A DNA stretch of 64,000 nucleotides from Epithemia pelagica (lineage: Eukaryota > Protista > Bacillariophyta), in the NCBI GenBank assembly GCA_946965045.2, contig OX337233.1, forward strand, positions 3,534,001 to 3,598,000. The letters run 5' to 3'. A model generated the notes under the pieces. It saw nothing but the letters and a program-made list of their open reading frames with translations. It did no database searches and was not told the origin of the DNA. Positions within the stretch are counted from its first letter, which is position 1, and each line of letters begins with the position of its first letter. Below, one piece after another: positions 53,323-64,000 of this stretch. A program made the position numbers and the translations under genes.

Positions 53323-56300
53323 TTAATCTTCATGATGATCATTATCTTCATGATCATTCTCTTCTTCCGCATCTGAATCGGACTCTAACTCTTTCAAGAC
53401 ATCGACAATTTTGTCGTATTCGGACTTATCATTCACACCCTCATCTTCATCGTCCTCTGCATCATATTCCCGATCATCCTTCGGTGCACCCTTTCTCTGT
53501 TTGACAAGTGTCCTAATGTCCCCTTGACGCCGACCACCTTTGTCTTGTTGTTTCTCATCTATCTTTGGAGCGCACGGAGAACCCACCTGCAGTTTGTCAT
53601 GTCTCTTAGTTTTGGCTTTGCGAGGAGGAGACCTACGAGTTGGCAGGAGCTTTTGTTGTTTTGTTTTCTTACGAGAAGATCCAGTTCCACTGCCACTGCC
53701 CTTACGCTTGACCCCAGTGGTGTCTTCTGCAATAGTGAGATTAATCGTGTCCTGCACTACCGCATCCTCCAGTCCTTTCAACTCATCATCAAATACCTTG
53801 TTCATGGCGGCGTCGCTATCTTCGTCATCATCGTTGTCACTCTCGTCCGCAGATGAGTGTGGTGCTGAATCGTCATCTGGATGTCTGTCAAACCGCACTA
53901 CTTTCACAGTGTCCCATTCAATGGGTTTCTTTTTTCCTTCTTGGACCAACTTTGAAAGCCGTTGTGCATGTTGAACTCTTTTCTTTTTCGCCATTTCAGC
54001 CCGGGCTTCTGGTGTTTCCAAACTTCCAATAACCTGCTGCAAGTCATCTTCATCGCTATCGTCACTGAGGTCTTCAAAATATTGGAAGTGTACTGACGCA
54101 TCATTAGTGACACGATCCTTTTCGGCGTCTGCCTTCTTATTGTAGGCAATAAAGCCCTGAGTTGCATCTCTCATGCCACTCATTTGCACCAGGGCCATTT
54201 GTTCTGTTGAGACTTTTTCCTTGACAGGTGGCGTCTTGGTATTTACTGTCCTCCCTTGTTCTGAACCCTCTTGTGCAGTACCGGCTTCTTCCGAGATGCC
54301 GACTCCGACATAATGGCTTTGAGGTTTGTCGGAGGCCATCTGAAGCTCCATCTCCCTCTTAACAATCTCTCGTTTAATAGACCGCGTAAGACAATCAATG
54401 CTTCTCATTTCAAAATGTTTTTTGAGCAGGTTAGCCATCAGCTTGTTCTGTTGGAACCACGTTCCCAAAGAAAAAATACGCTCTTGAAACGCATTAGTAG
54501 ATGGTTTGGTCAACCAAATCATGGCCATGACGTACATCATAGGAAATTCTTTCTTGTGTGAATTCCACCAGGCCATGATATCGAAATATTTGCCAATCTG
54601 GCAATAGTTGCCGTTCCGACACGCTTTATGAAAGAAGGACTTTTGTTCATCGTTCCAATCTGGTTCCTCATTCTTGTACAGCTCAGTAGGATATTGGGCG
54701 ATTACTTCGGCCCACTTTTTATCCACGTGAACACCACACATTCTTTTGAAAGCGTCAATCGACTCTTGACACGCGTTTTTCAAAGCTAATAAGACTTCAG
54801 TCTCTGAACCAGCCAGGGATGCAGCACCAGAGATCTGCAGAAGGGCCTGTTCCTTCAGTTCTCTGGTGCGACGCATCGATTCGAAGATGTCTTCTTCTTG
54901 ATAGCGTTCTTTTTTCTTGGATCCGGCTTTGGATCCTGCTTTGGATGCAATTGGAGGAGTCATTGGGTTGTCGGTTTGTTCGTCGGAGTCTTTGTCGGAT
55001 GGTTTTTGTTGCTTGTGGATAAGAGCACCAATAGGACTAGCCGTCCCACTGCTAAACTTTTTCATCATGTCGTCCAAGAAAACTTGGCGGGCTTTGCGTA
55101 CCTTCTCCGAGTCGAACGCAGCAAGAAATTGGAAGGTATCTTCGTAAATATTTGCCAACATAGGGTTGCAGCAGACTGCCTTCAAAGCATCTTCGTCCGT
55201 ATCAAGAAGATACATACGGTACTCATGAAGAATGCGGCGAATGAGTTTCCTGGGTCCATCACCCAGCTCATGATACGCCACTCCGACGCGCAATGAGTTT
55301 AGTTCACTAATGGTTGCAGAAGCATCCCATTTCTCGTCTTCTTCCAGATCAACTTCGTTCACCGGAATGCAGGCCACTTTGCTCATCCTCATGCGTTCTG
55401 TTTGGAAGTGCGAAAGGTAGATTTCCAACAGCGTTGCCGAACTAGCGCCTGGGTCGTCAGATTGCAACGAGAGTCCAACTGCCTTCAATGGGCTCAAGAT
55501 GCCTTCGTATTGTGCTAGAAGTTCCCATTCATCTTCAGTTGGATAAAGCCGAACAAAAGTTGGGTCACTTGCTTTCGAAGTGAGGACATACAAGTCGAAG
55601 AACCATTTGTTGCGCAGAAAGGCTTGAATCAGAATGATGCAGCCCATAACGCGAGTGTCGTTAGGAATGGGTAGTAAGATCAGATGGTATCCCAGTTCTT
55701 CTGCCTTTTTCTTAAGCTTTTCCCAACGATGAAAGGCATGCTTGCTTGTCACCCAACCACCCAGTTTTTTGAATTTTCCATATAGGTCGCAAAAGTCAGG
55801 GAAAGAGTCAATGAGAACTCCTTTCCTATACCTTTCTACGAGTCCTGTAGCATGCTTGAGGACCAACTCGGCCCTATGCATATCACACCGACCTGCCTTG
55901 GAATGATCACCCACAATGTACTTGCCCGCCAGTACCGCGGCCGACGTATTGTCGTTAACCGAAGCAATTAGGTCGTCTTGGTTGAAACCAACAGACAGCA
56001 AGAGTGAGTGTGTCAGGTTGGCTACATCAGCGGCCGAATGCCCTTTGGTTTCGGCCAAACCAATAGGGATTCGGTAGACGACACTGTTTCTTGGGTCACT
56101 GAACATTAATGTGACTCCTAATACGTCATGCCGTCTTGCCTGCCAAATGTCATGGCAAACCGTCGCGAAGGGTATTTCCTGACCGCATAGAGTCTTGTAT
56201 TCTTCGCGAACATTTCTAGCAAGTGCAGCAACGGTCGACACGTAGTCCTTATAGGAATCGACACGCAACTTTGTCACTTGTCGCCTGCTCATCGCTTCGG

Positions 56301-57129
56301 CCCGGGTGTCTTTAAGCTGTCCCCCATTGTTGAATGCATATCGGAGCAATTCGCGAAATTGGGGCTTTTCGACGGTGCTCGCAGGCAAACAACAATCATT
56401 AACGAATTCGTAGATAAGTTGTTGCAATTGACCAATGGCTTTCTTTCGGGGAGAAACTTCTGCCGTGAAACCTTCAAGTGTTGTTTGGTTCAATTTGTCT
56501 TCGATCACAACTCCAAATACTTTTTCATCGCCACCATGATGTGTATCTGTGTGCTGTTTCACATTGGAAGGCTTGTTATCGCTGCAACTAATGCAACATT
56601 TCGCCAAAGGGATGTCCGGGTTTTTGAAACAAAGTGGACAAATTACCATTCGATGAGAAAGTGGCTTGTACTTGTCCTTGTATTCCTTGTTAGAAAGTTC
56701 TCCTTCAGGATCAACTGGTAGAGGATTTCCATCATTATCATATTCGGCTTCTTGTTGTGGGGGTACTCCAAGGTAATCCTCCATGAGGTCGTGGAGCTTC
56801 ACAAACCCTTTGAAGGTAGCGGGAAGATCTCTGACTGTGCCGTCCCAAAGCCATTTGAAAAATGCCTGCCAATCAACATGGAGAACCCAATCCCAACGTT
56901 TTGAAGGACTGTTCGAAAATAGAAGTTTGGGTTTCCCTTGATGAAGAGGGATGAGCTCTTTTTCGGCAAGGATGCGTTCTTGTTTTGCTCGGACTTGATC
57001 TTCTATCTCTTCTTGGACGACTTTGTTACGGGCAGCAACCGCAGACGCCTTCATCTTGGGAGGAGGAGGCTTCTTTTTCGAAGGCTTTTTGGAGGTAGGC
57101 GACATGGAAGTTGTTGTTGTCAAGATCAA
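53323..57129 (-). CDS. hAT-superfamily transposase (element 2)
   Basis: CPLC...HTDTHH Zn finger, CHDIWQ, VNDNTS, CDMH, TRVMG, PSTNAFQERIFS; acidic/basic tail; probable ATG 57105. Confidence 0.92.
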   Translation of the reverse strand: MILTTTTSMSPTSKKPSKKKPPPPKMKASAVAARNKVVQEEIEDQVRAKQERILAEKELIPLHQGKPKLLFSNSPSKRWDWVLHVDWQAFFKWLWDGTVRDLPATFKGFVKLHDLMEDYLGVPPQQEAEYDNDGNPLPVDPEGELSNKEYKDKYKPLSHRMVICPLCFKNPDIPLAKCCISCSDNKPSNVKQHTDTHHGGDEKVFGVVIEDKLNQTTLEGFTAEVSPRKKAIGQLQQLIYEFVNDCCLPASTVEKPQFRELLRYAFNNGGQLKDTRAEAMSRRQVTKLRVDSYKDYVSTVAALARNVREEYKTLCGQEIPFATVCHDIWQARRHDVLGVTLMFSDPRNSVVYRIPIGLAETKGHSAADVANLTHSLLLSVGFNQDDLIASVNDNTSAAVLAGKYIVGDHSKAGRCDMHRAELVLKHATGLVERYRKGVLIDSFPDFCDLYGKFKKLGGWVTSKHAFHRWEKLKKKAEELGYHLILLPIPNDTRVMGCIILIQAFLRNKWFFDLYVLTSKASDPTFVRLYPTEDEWELLAQYEGILSPLKAVGLSLQSDDPGASSATLLEIYLSHFQTERMRMSKVACIPVNEVDLEEDEKWDASATISELNSLRVGVAYHELGDGPRKLIRRILHEYRMYLLDTDEDALKAVCCNPMLANIYEDTFQFLAAFDSEKVRKARQVFLDDMMKKFSSGTASPIGALIHKQQKPSDKDSDEQTDNPMTPPIASKAGSKAGSKKKERYQEEDIFESMRRTRELKEQALLQISGAASLAGSETEVLLALKNACQESIDAFKRMCGVHVDKKWAEVIAQYPTELYKNEEPDWNDEQKSFFHKACRNGNYCQIGKYFDIMAWWNSHKKEFPMMYVMAMIWLTKPSTNAFQERIFSLGTWFQQNKLMANLLKKHFEMRSIDCLTRSIKREIVKREMELQMASDKPQSHYVGVGISEEAGTAQEGSEQGRTVNTKTPPVKEKVSTEQMALVQMSGMRDATQGFIAYNKKADAEKDRVTNDASVHFQYFEDLSDDSDEDDLQQVIGSLETPEARAEMAKKKRVQHAQRLSKLVQEGKKKPIEWDTVKVVRFDRHPDDDSAPHSSADESDNDDDEDSDAAMNKVFDDELKGLEDAVVQDTINLTIAEDTTGVKRKGSGSGTGSSRKKTKQQKLLPTRRSPPRKAKTKRHDKLQVGSPCAPKIDEKQQDKGGRRQGDIRTLVKQRKGAPKDDREYDAEDDEDEGVNDKSEYDKIVDVLKELESDSDAEEENDHEDNDHHED

Positions 57130-58639
57130 TTGGCGGTCAGAGGCAGCTTGTGGCTGGTGATGCTATGGATGGAAAGGAATGTGGCTGATTGTTGAACAAG
57201 ATAAAGGTACGATCTTTGGAGGTGCAGCGATCATGTGTTTCATTTCTCATCTGTTTGTTCTTGTGAAACAAATTGTCAGAGGGTCAGTGGGTATCTTGTC
57301 GTCAGTTACTGTGGAAAAACACTGTGATTGTTGCAATAGGACTATTAACTGACAAAGTGTCGGTAAATGATATAATATTCGTAGGATAAGGAGTGAATTG
57401 GGATAAGAACGGAGGCCAGACAATGATGAAGAATATCAGTAGGTAATATATTCCCGTGACGGGAATATGTAGAATTAATTTAAAAAATATATTCATGTGG
57501 AAAAATATGGGGAATTAATATGAAGAATATATTACGTGTATGGTGGTAAAGGGTAATTCATTTGAAGACAGAACTGATGGGTAATTAAATTACCAAAATG
57601 TATCAGATCATTTGAAATATGAATAAGTAACTTCACAACCCTGATCTCAGGGAGTGGTCTGACTAGGACAAACCGTTCGGATCACCACCGAATGGCGAGT
57701 CAATTCGCTGACGCCGTATAAGCGCAAATTTCCGAGTTTGTACGAGCTCCACCTCAACAAAATTGCAGCCGCAGTAGCCCGTGCTATCAAGGCCTCCACT
57801 GTTTTTTCTATAGTGATTCTAGCGTCGTAGGAAGACCACTACGGTCATTTTGCACTGCATAACACCACCATGGACAACAAGAACCGCTGTGCACCTCCAA
57901 CGAAAGGTGCTAGTACTCCTCCGACCATCCAGGATGCCTCAGAATCAAGTGTACCGTGATGGGTGAAAAGGGCGGCATTGAGTTGGCGAGTTTGATGGAC
58001 CTACGGCAAGGTTGTTTGAAGTCTTCCATTTTGGTGTCGGAAGCTCGCGACGAGAAGATCGACTATGGAGATGGATACCGATGGAATGAGCAAAGATTGC
58101 GGGGAGGGAAGTCACCTGAAGCTTTGAAATGGATGGATGAGGCATTGGAGAGCAGCAGCAAGGACACATGGCAATCAACTGGAGGATTCCGAAGCACAAA
58201 CATGACGAGAATCTCTGCAACCACAACGAAGCAAGTGACGATGAAAAGACGACGCCACTGGAGACAATGAATGCAGCAATTCACTTATCGTCCGTCCGCA
58301 TGCAACAATCAACTTCTTGTCTTTGTGTGGTCCGAACACAGCAAATGAAAGCCTCGTCGGGTTGGTTCAAACGCAACAAGCAAGAAAAGTTTGGTTCGAA
58401 CAAACGAGAAAACAAACTCAACCATGGGTGGACAAACTGCTTCTGTCGCAGCCGACAATGGTGCTGCTGCTGCTGCTGATTGTTCGTGTGGAAGAAGGAG
58501 GGGATGCCGTGGAGCTGCGGCAGCGGCAGTCGAAGATGGTGTGGTCGTCCTCCTTCTTCCACCTTGCGACGAAACAATCAACTCCCTGTCTTTTCGTTAC
58601 CCTCACCCAACAAATCGAAGCCTCGTCCAATGGTGAACG

Positions 58640-59230
58640 ACAGCAAGCGGTGACAATGACAACAACAACCCAAAGCTCGCTGAGGCCGAACGAAACACTT
58701 CGCGCAACAACAACAACAACCCAAACGCGACAATCAACTACTCGTTACCGCCGCATGAAACTCTCGGCGACCACAACAACGACAAACCCAATGCAACAAT
58801 CAACCACTCGCTGCCGCCGAACGAATCACTAGGCGACACCACTGACAACAACACGCGGACGACACAACGACAACCCAAACGCGACAATCAGCTACTCCCT
58901 GCCACCGAACGAAGAACGACCACGAAATCACTCGGCGACAACGACAGCAACAACGCTCGGCGACGACAACAACAACATCAAAGGCGACAATCAACCTCTT
59001 ATTTCGACACCAAAACAATCCGCGGCAACCACAACAAACGGAACAATCATCTCCTACTTTCTCACGGCCTCCTCGGCGATAGCAACACCACTCAACAATC
59101 AACCCCTCATTTCGCCCGAATGGAAACAACGGCAACACCACCATCCCCTTACTAAACAATCGACAACTCGCATTGATTAGCGCCACAATCAACTAGAAGA
59201 AACAAGATGAACACAACAATCAACTACTAT
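58640..59230. repeat. CAA/ACG-rich degenerate tandem repeat
   Basis: Recurrent modules CCCAAACGCGACAATCA (near 58721 and 58874), CAATCAACTACT and CCGAACGAA; strong strand asymmetry. Confidence 0.7.
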
Positions 59231-59235
59231 GGTTA

Positions 59236-61605
59236 CTATAAAAATTCCCCATCCTCCCTTGCACGCACTTCCCCATGGGCCCCAGCAATATGCTCAAACC
59301 ATTCATGGTCTTGTGGCATCCACTCTATCAGCTTTTCGAGCTGATAGGATGTCATTCGAACAAGATTTTCTTGTAATAGTTCTTCAGTAATTTCTGGATC
59401 AGGCAAGCGAAAAGAGCGCACACAATCTGTTGGACTTTCGTTATCATACACAGTGACAACCTCCACTCCAGTAGCATATCCATCTTCATCGTAAGTCGAC
59501 TTGCAACAATTTCTCACATTACAGTGTAGATTGTTGTTTTTGACAAAATTGTCGCCACCCTTTTCTTCTGCGATTGCATTCACAATCTGGTGGTGCCGCA
59601 CGAAGGCTCTGGCGAGCGTGTCCATGTCGAAGTCTTCCCAGCACTTTTCCACAGTCTCCCAAATTTCGTCAGTTGTGAAAACCTCACTCCGATTCGAAAT
59701 GCCTTGTTCCCTCGAAACGCGCTTTGATATTGCTGGAAAGATGCAATCATCCATTACATTTGTTATGGGTGAGTTGGCTGGCTGTGGAGCAAGGTACCAT
59801 CCCCGTCGTTCGTATTCACTTTTAAGGAAGGCTGTGAGCCTTGCCTCACAGTGAGGACCAGCATTATCCGACTGTTCTAGAACCACCACACGGCAATGAT
59901 CACCACGACTAGACCTCACGTCGTCTGCTAGCATGTCTAGGCTGGGCAAATGAACAGCTTCGTAGAAGTCGTGAAGAAGCGAGAACTTGGGGTCTTGTTG
60001 CGTGCCTCTCGAACTACCCGTAACTTCCATGCCCTTGAAATAGAGCTCACCCTTCTTACGAAGTAGGTTCTCGTGGATTGCTGGGTAGTGATACGACCCG
60101 TCATCTCTGTAGACACGCCGATAGGTATCACGTGACGCTTTGACCTTTCGGCCTGCTCGTACCAAGCTAACCATGTATCCATCACCTCCTTTCCTCAAGT
60201 CGTTGTCATGCGGAACGATCGCCACGGCGCAAATCCCCATAGTCTTGTCCAAGTGGTTCTTGTGCTGCACCGAATGGATCACTGGCTCGACTCCTAGCAT
60301 GGGAATTGATTTCTTGAATCGGCGAACGACAATGGACCAAAACCATTTTTCGTCCATGTGAACGACCACGACTTGGACATTGTTGAATCTCTTTGCGGAC
60401 TCCCAAAAGATCCAGAACTGTATGCTCCACCAATATCGCTTATCTTTGTGACTTTGGGTCAGATAAGGTAGGATCCGAGTACTTTTATAGGAGGACTCAG
60501 GCAACGACATGCAAAAACGTCGTATAGTTTCAGAACTAATCGGTTCTGGGTTGCCAGGCCCTGCAACCAGGGTAGCTATGGTATCCCAAGACACAGCTCC
60601 ACCAGTCTCTCGTAGGCGTTGTTGAATCTCGGGTAGAAGAAAAGTTCCACGAGACAACCATTCCTCTCGTAGAGCTACGTAAGGGGCCACGGCCTCTTCA
60701 TCTTTGATAGCTTGCCATGCATTCTTAGCCTCAGTCGCATCTGAATCAGGATGTAGTCGTCGATATTCCTTCTCAAACACAAAGCGAACGGTCCAAATTG
60801 ATTCGCGTTTCTTCTCGGAATTCAGAATCGTCAACCCCTTATCGCTTCTTGATTTGCGTGGTTGGGGTAAGGGATAAGTGGTGAAGTTCTTTAGCCATCT
60901 GAGGAGTGTGGTTGGGTTAATTCCCCATGCATGCGAAATATAGCGAGCCTTGTAATCGTGATCCCTCATGGTCTGATGAAGCATACACGCCAGTTGCCGT
61001 TCCGAAGGAGAAAGATGTGGCTGCCTTTTTTCTGCTGAAGGTTTGTAAAACGACACAAAGCTTTTGTTCTTGTTTGTTTCCCACTCCAGTTTTCTTAACC
61101 AGCCACGTGCACATTTCTTGGATCTCTTTTCAAACGTATCAAAGGCTGCACCACGTTTGTTTCTGCTGCAAAGATCCAGGAAAAAGGCTGTGGAGTTGAC
61201 TGGAATCTCCGACACTGAAGGATCCTGAGTGGCAGGTTTGGTTAGCGTTGCAGCAATCAAACTATTTTGTTGGCGTGGGTCACGATGAGTTGAAAGAAGC
61301 GAGGGATGTGTTGTTTGATCATCAGGACGGGGACGAGCCGTTGGTTCGAGCACTGCGTGCGATACACGATCAGGTGGAACATCCTGGGAGCATCGATTGT
61401 CAACAAAGTACTGGACATCAACCAAAGAGGTTTGGTCGGGTGCTGTTGACTGCGAATCAACAACAGTAACAGCTTCGTCATCACTGTCGTCATTTCTTTT
61501 TCGTTTGTGTCGGCGGACGACACCAACTCCCCCCATGGATCCTTTGTCGCTGGGTGCGACGGCAACAAGAGCACCTTTTCGAATCTTGACACTCTTACTG
61601 GACAT
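59236..61605 (-). CDS. Tc1/mariner transposase related to plant-type DD39D mariners (DD38D by direct count), with extra N-terminal domains
   Basis: VHMDEKWF, QSDNAGPH and QPANSPITNVMD correspond to plant mariner IHIDEKWF / QQDNARPH / QPPNSPDLNVLD. I could not find convincing TIRs. Confidence 0.85.
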   Translation of the reverse strand: MSSKSVKIRKGALVAVAPSDKGSMGGVGVVRRHKRKRNDDSDDEAVTVVDSQSTAPDQTSLVDVQYFVDNRCSQDVPPDRVSHAVLEPTARPRPDDQTTHPSLLSTHRDPRQQNSLIAATLTKPATQDPSVSEIPVNSTAFFLDLCSRNKRGAAFDTFEKRSKKCARGWLRKLEWETNKNKSFVSFYKPSAEKRQPHLSPSERQLACMLHQTMRDHDYKARYISHAWGINPTTLLRWLKNFTTYPLPQPRKSRSDKGLTILNSEKKRESIWTVRFVFEKEYRRLHPDSDATEAKNAWQAIKDEEAVAPYVALREEWLSRGTFLLPEIQQRLRETGGAVSWDTIATLVAGPGNPEPISSETIRRFCMSLPESSYKSTRILPYLTQSHKDKRYWWSIQFWIFWESAKRFNNVQVVVVHMDEKWFWSIVVRRFKKSIPMLGVEPVIHSVQHKNHLDKTMGICAVAIVPHDNDLRKGGDGYMVSLVRAGRKVKASRDTYRRVYRDDGSYHYPAIHENLLRKKGELYFKGMEVTGSSRGTQQDPKFSLLHDFYEAVHLPSLDMLADDVRSSRGDHCRVVVLEQSDNAGPHCEARLTAFLKSEYERRGWYLAPQPANSPITNVMDDCIFPAISKRVSREQGISNRSEVFTTDEIWETVEKCWEDFDMDTLARAFVRHHQIVNAIAEEKGGDNFVKNNNLHCNVRNCCKSTYDEDGYATGVEVVTVYDNESPTDCVRSFRLPDPEITEELLQENLVRMTSYQLEKLIEWMPQDHEWFEHIAGAHGEVRAREDGEFL

Positions 61606-62639
61606 GGTGGACGATGAAACAACAATCAACAAAGACAAAGACAAAGACAAAGACGAATGGATCGATGCAAGCAAAAGACAGGATGGGGATGAACGACGAA
61701 CGCAGACGAAACGATTGCCTGCAACCTACGACACATACAAGCATGAACTAAGTTAGGTAGGTGTTCTGTACTAGTAGCTGTTCATATGCATACGAGCTCG
61801 TAGACGAGGCGGGTTGATTGTTGTGCTAGCGCCTTTTCACCATGGAGAGTGGGTGGTGAGAATCTCCACCATGGTTGTCGGCATGTGCAATGTGCATGAG
61901 GGGTGTTAGGATTCTCACCGAAAACTAGGTGGCGAAACCTACAACTCATCGAATGATGCTAGTATTTTATGGCATCCGATGACATTTTCCTAAGAGTGAG
62001 AAAAGAATGTCGGCATGCTCGCGAAACTATAAATTTGGCCACGGCATGCTCGCAGTGCACGCGTTATCGGCGACCGCTCGGATATTAACTATGGCCCAAC
62101 ACGTGCGCGCCCAAAACTATCAAGTGCGCGCCTCTACTATCCGAGTACGCGCATCCACGATTCGACCTAACGGTCTATGTAATCAAAGCACGAATCACGA
62201 TCACGCGAGACCATATCTCTGTTCCCACAAATCCAAGAATGCAAACAGCAACGCGCCCAGGACAAGACTTATACCACGACAAAGCAAGAGCTGTTGCATC
62301 CCATACATGTTATCCATCACCCTATACATTCAATATACACCAATGCCGGTCCACTCCAACCAGTGAGGACCTATCACACCAGATCCATGGCCGTATGCAA
62401 GAGCCAGGACTTCGGCACCGTCAACCACCTTAGTTAGTAATCGTCTCACAATCAATAATATCACCATTTTAACACTCATCTTAAGACTTACCTCTTATCA
62501 GTGGACCGACTGCCCCCACCCACGGCGGACCTCGACTTGCAACTCTTCTCTGACCCGTGGAGGATTGTTGTATCGGTTGGTGATTCGATTGTCGGCTCAG
62601 CGAGCCTTTTACCTATCCTAACTATCTGTCTAACCCCTG

Positions 62640-63455
62640 TTGAATCGAGAGAAGTTTATCAGATTAACAGTCTCATCGTTTATTTCCGAGAAGCTTTCGA
62701 TGTCTCACGACGATTCCAACCTCTCTATTCGACACATCTTTCATTCCTTCCAACAAAGCGGGGAGGAACTCCATCCACCCGTGGCCCATCCGGGCGAGCC
62801 CTTGATTGAAACTCCGAAACCGACCCCGACTCAGGCCAGTGCTCCGAATCCCTTCCAGACCCCGGACCAAGTGGTCCAGCCTCCTTCGATCCCGACTCAA
62901 CCTTCGACTCCGCCTCGCCGTTTGAACCCTACTCGCACCCGACGTACGAGCCGTCTTCTTACTGCGCATATCCGACACTTCCACGAGCCGACTGAGTCGA
63001 CTACCGACCCCGACGTGATCCGTTCCACAACCGAACGCGAGATCGATTTCCAGTCCGTCCAACCCGTGACTGACCTTGAGGACATCCAACGACTTCTCGA
63101 CCTCTTGAACCAGTGCTCGAGACGCCGTTTCATTGTCCAAGCCCTGTTGGGCAACCCTGTGGAACCCATCCGTATTCGATTCATCTCCTTTGAACGTCCA
63201 ACCAACTACTTCCACACCATCTGGATCGTCAACTCGACGACGAATCCGCTACCTACCCCGACTACTCGTCTCGACGAGTACGTCTCCTTTGTTCACGAGA
63301 TCCATCTCTGCCAGGATTTCCGTGCGACTATCTACCCTCTCTTCACTCAACACGTGAACCACTTGTTGGAAGACGACGACGTTGAAGAACTAGCCACTAC
63401 AGTGACCGATTCCGCATCTCGTCTTCAGTACCGAGCCGAAAGTGACCAAGAATAA
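62640..63455 (+). CDS. Hypothetical protein, Pro/Thr-rich N-half
   Basis: 271-aa open frame, no family recognised; may belong to the adjacent putative retroelement. Confidence 0.45.
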   Translation: MNREKFIRLTVSSFISEKLSMSHDDSNLSIRHIFHSFQQSGEELHPPVAHPGEPLIETPKPTPTQASAPNPFQTPDQVVQPPSIPTQPSTPPRRLNPTRTRRTSRLLTAHIRHFHEPTESTTDPDVIRSTTEREIDFQSVQPVTDLEDIQRLLDLLNQCSRRRFIVQALLGNPVEPIRIRFISFERPTNYFHTIWIVNSTTNPLPTPTTRLDEYVSFVHEIHLCQDFRATIYPLFTQHVNHLLEDDDVEELATTVTDSASRLQYRAESDQE

Positions 63456-63789
63456 GTAACTTTACGTAGTTTCTACACCAAACCAGACACAAGACCGAGT
63501 TCCGTCCAAGACTCAAACTCAACGCACATCCGGGTACCCTTGGTCGCACAACACGCCACACATTCCCGTCAAATCGCGAAAATTCGGCGAAAATTTGTTG
63601 AAACTCGGCGAAAATTTGTCGGAATCAACGGAAATTTCCAGGAGTCGCACATCACAACACACATCCGGGTATCACATACGTGGTACATACGTGGCACACG
63701 TGGTACATCCGGGTTCACATCACATCACACATTAAATAAACCACATCACACCGCACATTAAATAAACATCGAACCAACCAAATAACATC

Positions 63790-64000
63790 ATGGAAGCGAC
63801 ACCTCCCAAGACACCGTTTACTCCTCCTGAGGACAAGTCAAGTCATATAACCGACCAAGATCTCTTCGACCATATAACTAAAGGCATCTTTGGTTGTAAT
63901 GATGAACGAGCCCAATCACTTCAAAAGTGGATGCGACATCATGGTTTTGAACATATCCTTCATGTCCTCGACCATGTTGCAACTGATCCCGAGGAGACAC
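63790..64000 (+). CDS. 5' end of an ORF running off the window, possibly gag of a diatom copia (CoDi-like) LTR retrotransposon
   Basis: ATG at 63790 is open to the window end (MEATPPKTP...LFDHITKGIFG...LQKWMRHHGFEHILHVL) and is preceded by a repeat-rich leader; the gag resemblance is weak and by eye. Confidence 0.4.
   Translation, partial: MEATPPKTPFTPPEDKSSHITDQDLFDHITKGIFGCNDERAQSLQKWMRHHGFEHILHVLDHVATDPEET

Larger units (their letters stand above)
50855..57643 (-). mobile_element. Complete hAT DNA transposon 2 (6789 bp) carrying a DNA glycosylase gene
   Basis: Perfect 14-bp TIRs CAGGGTTGTGAAGT (50855-50868 / 57630-57643), perfect 8-bp TSD, AT-rich subterminal regions, two intact convergent ORFs. 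Confidence 0.95.

Noticed and set aside
57650-62170. Terminal inverted repeats for the mariner element
   Set aside because: Only short or partial inverted matches were found (e.g. GGTGAGAATC/GATTCTCACC at about 61856/61910, both on one side); no TA-flanked pair.

Overview
Eukaryotic, gene-dense, intron-poor window, almost certainly from a diatom (three Lhcf/FCP genes; plastid-targeting ASAF motif on Lhcf and Psb27). Host genes: psb27, three lhcf, a large myosin, a GARP/SHAQKYF-type Myb factor, an SGNH-hydrolase-like protein, a GRDP+SUMO-like protein and several hypotheticals. From 5 to 28 kb lie five arrestin-kelch modules (three on minus, two on plus); all five kelch ORFs are open but only one arrestin is intact. 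DNA transposons are dense: two diverged hAT elements, a pogo with a related MITE, a mariner-type transposase, and probably the 5' end of a copia-type retroelement at the right edge. The main result: both hAT elements carry, tail-to-tail with the transposase, an endonuclease III-like HhH-GPD DNA glycosylase/AP-lyase gene. For the second element the cargo lies inside perfect 14-bp TIRs (CAGGGTTGTGAAGT) and a perfect 8-bp target-site duplication (ATCTCAGG), 50855-57643. This looks like a mobile transposase + base-excision-enzyme system. The pogo likewise carries a convergent HIRAN-like cargo ORF. All family calls come from reading motifs by eye; no database search was run.
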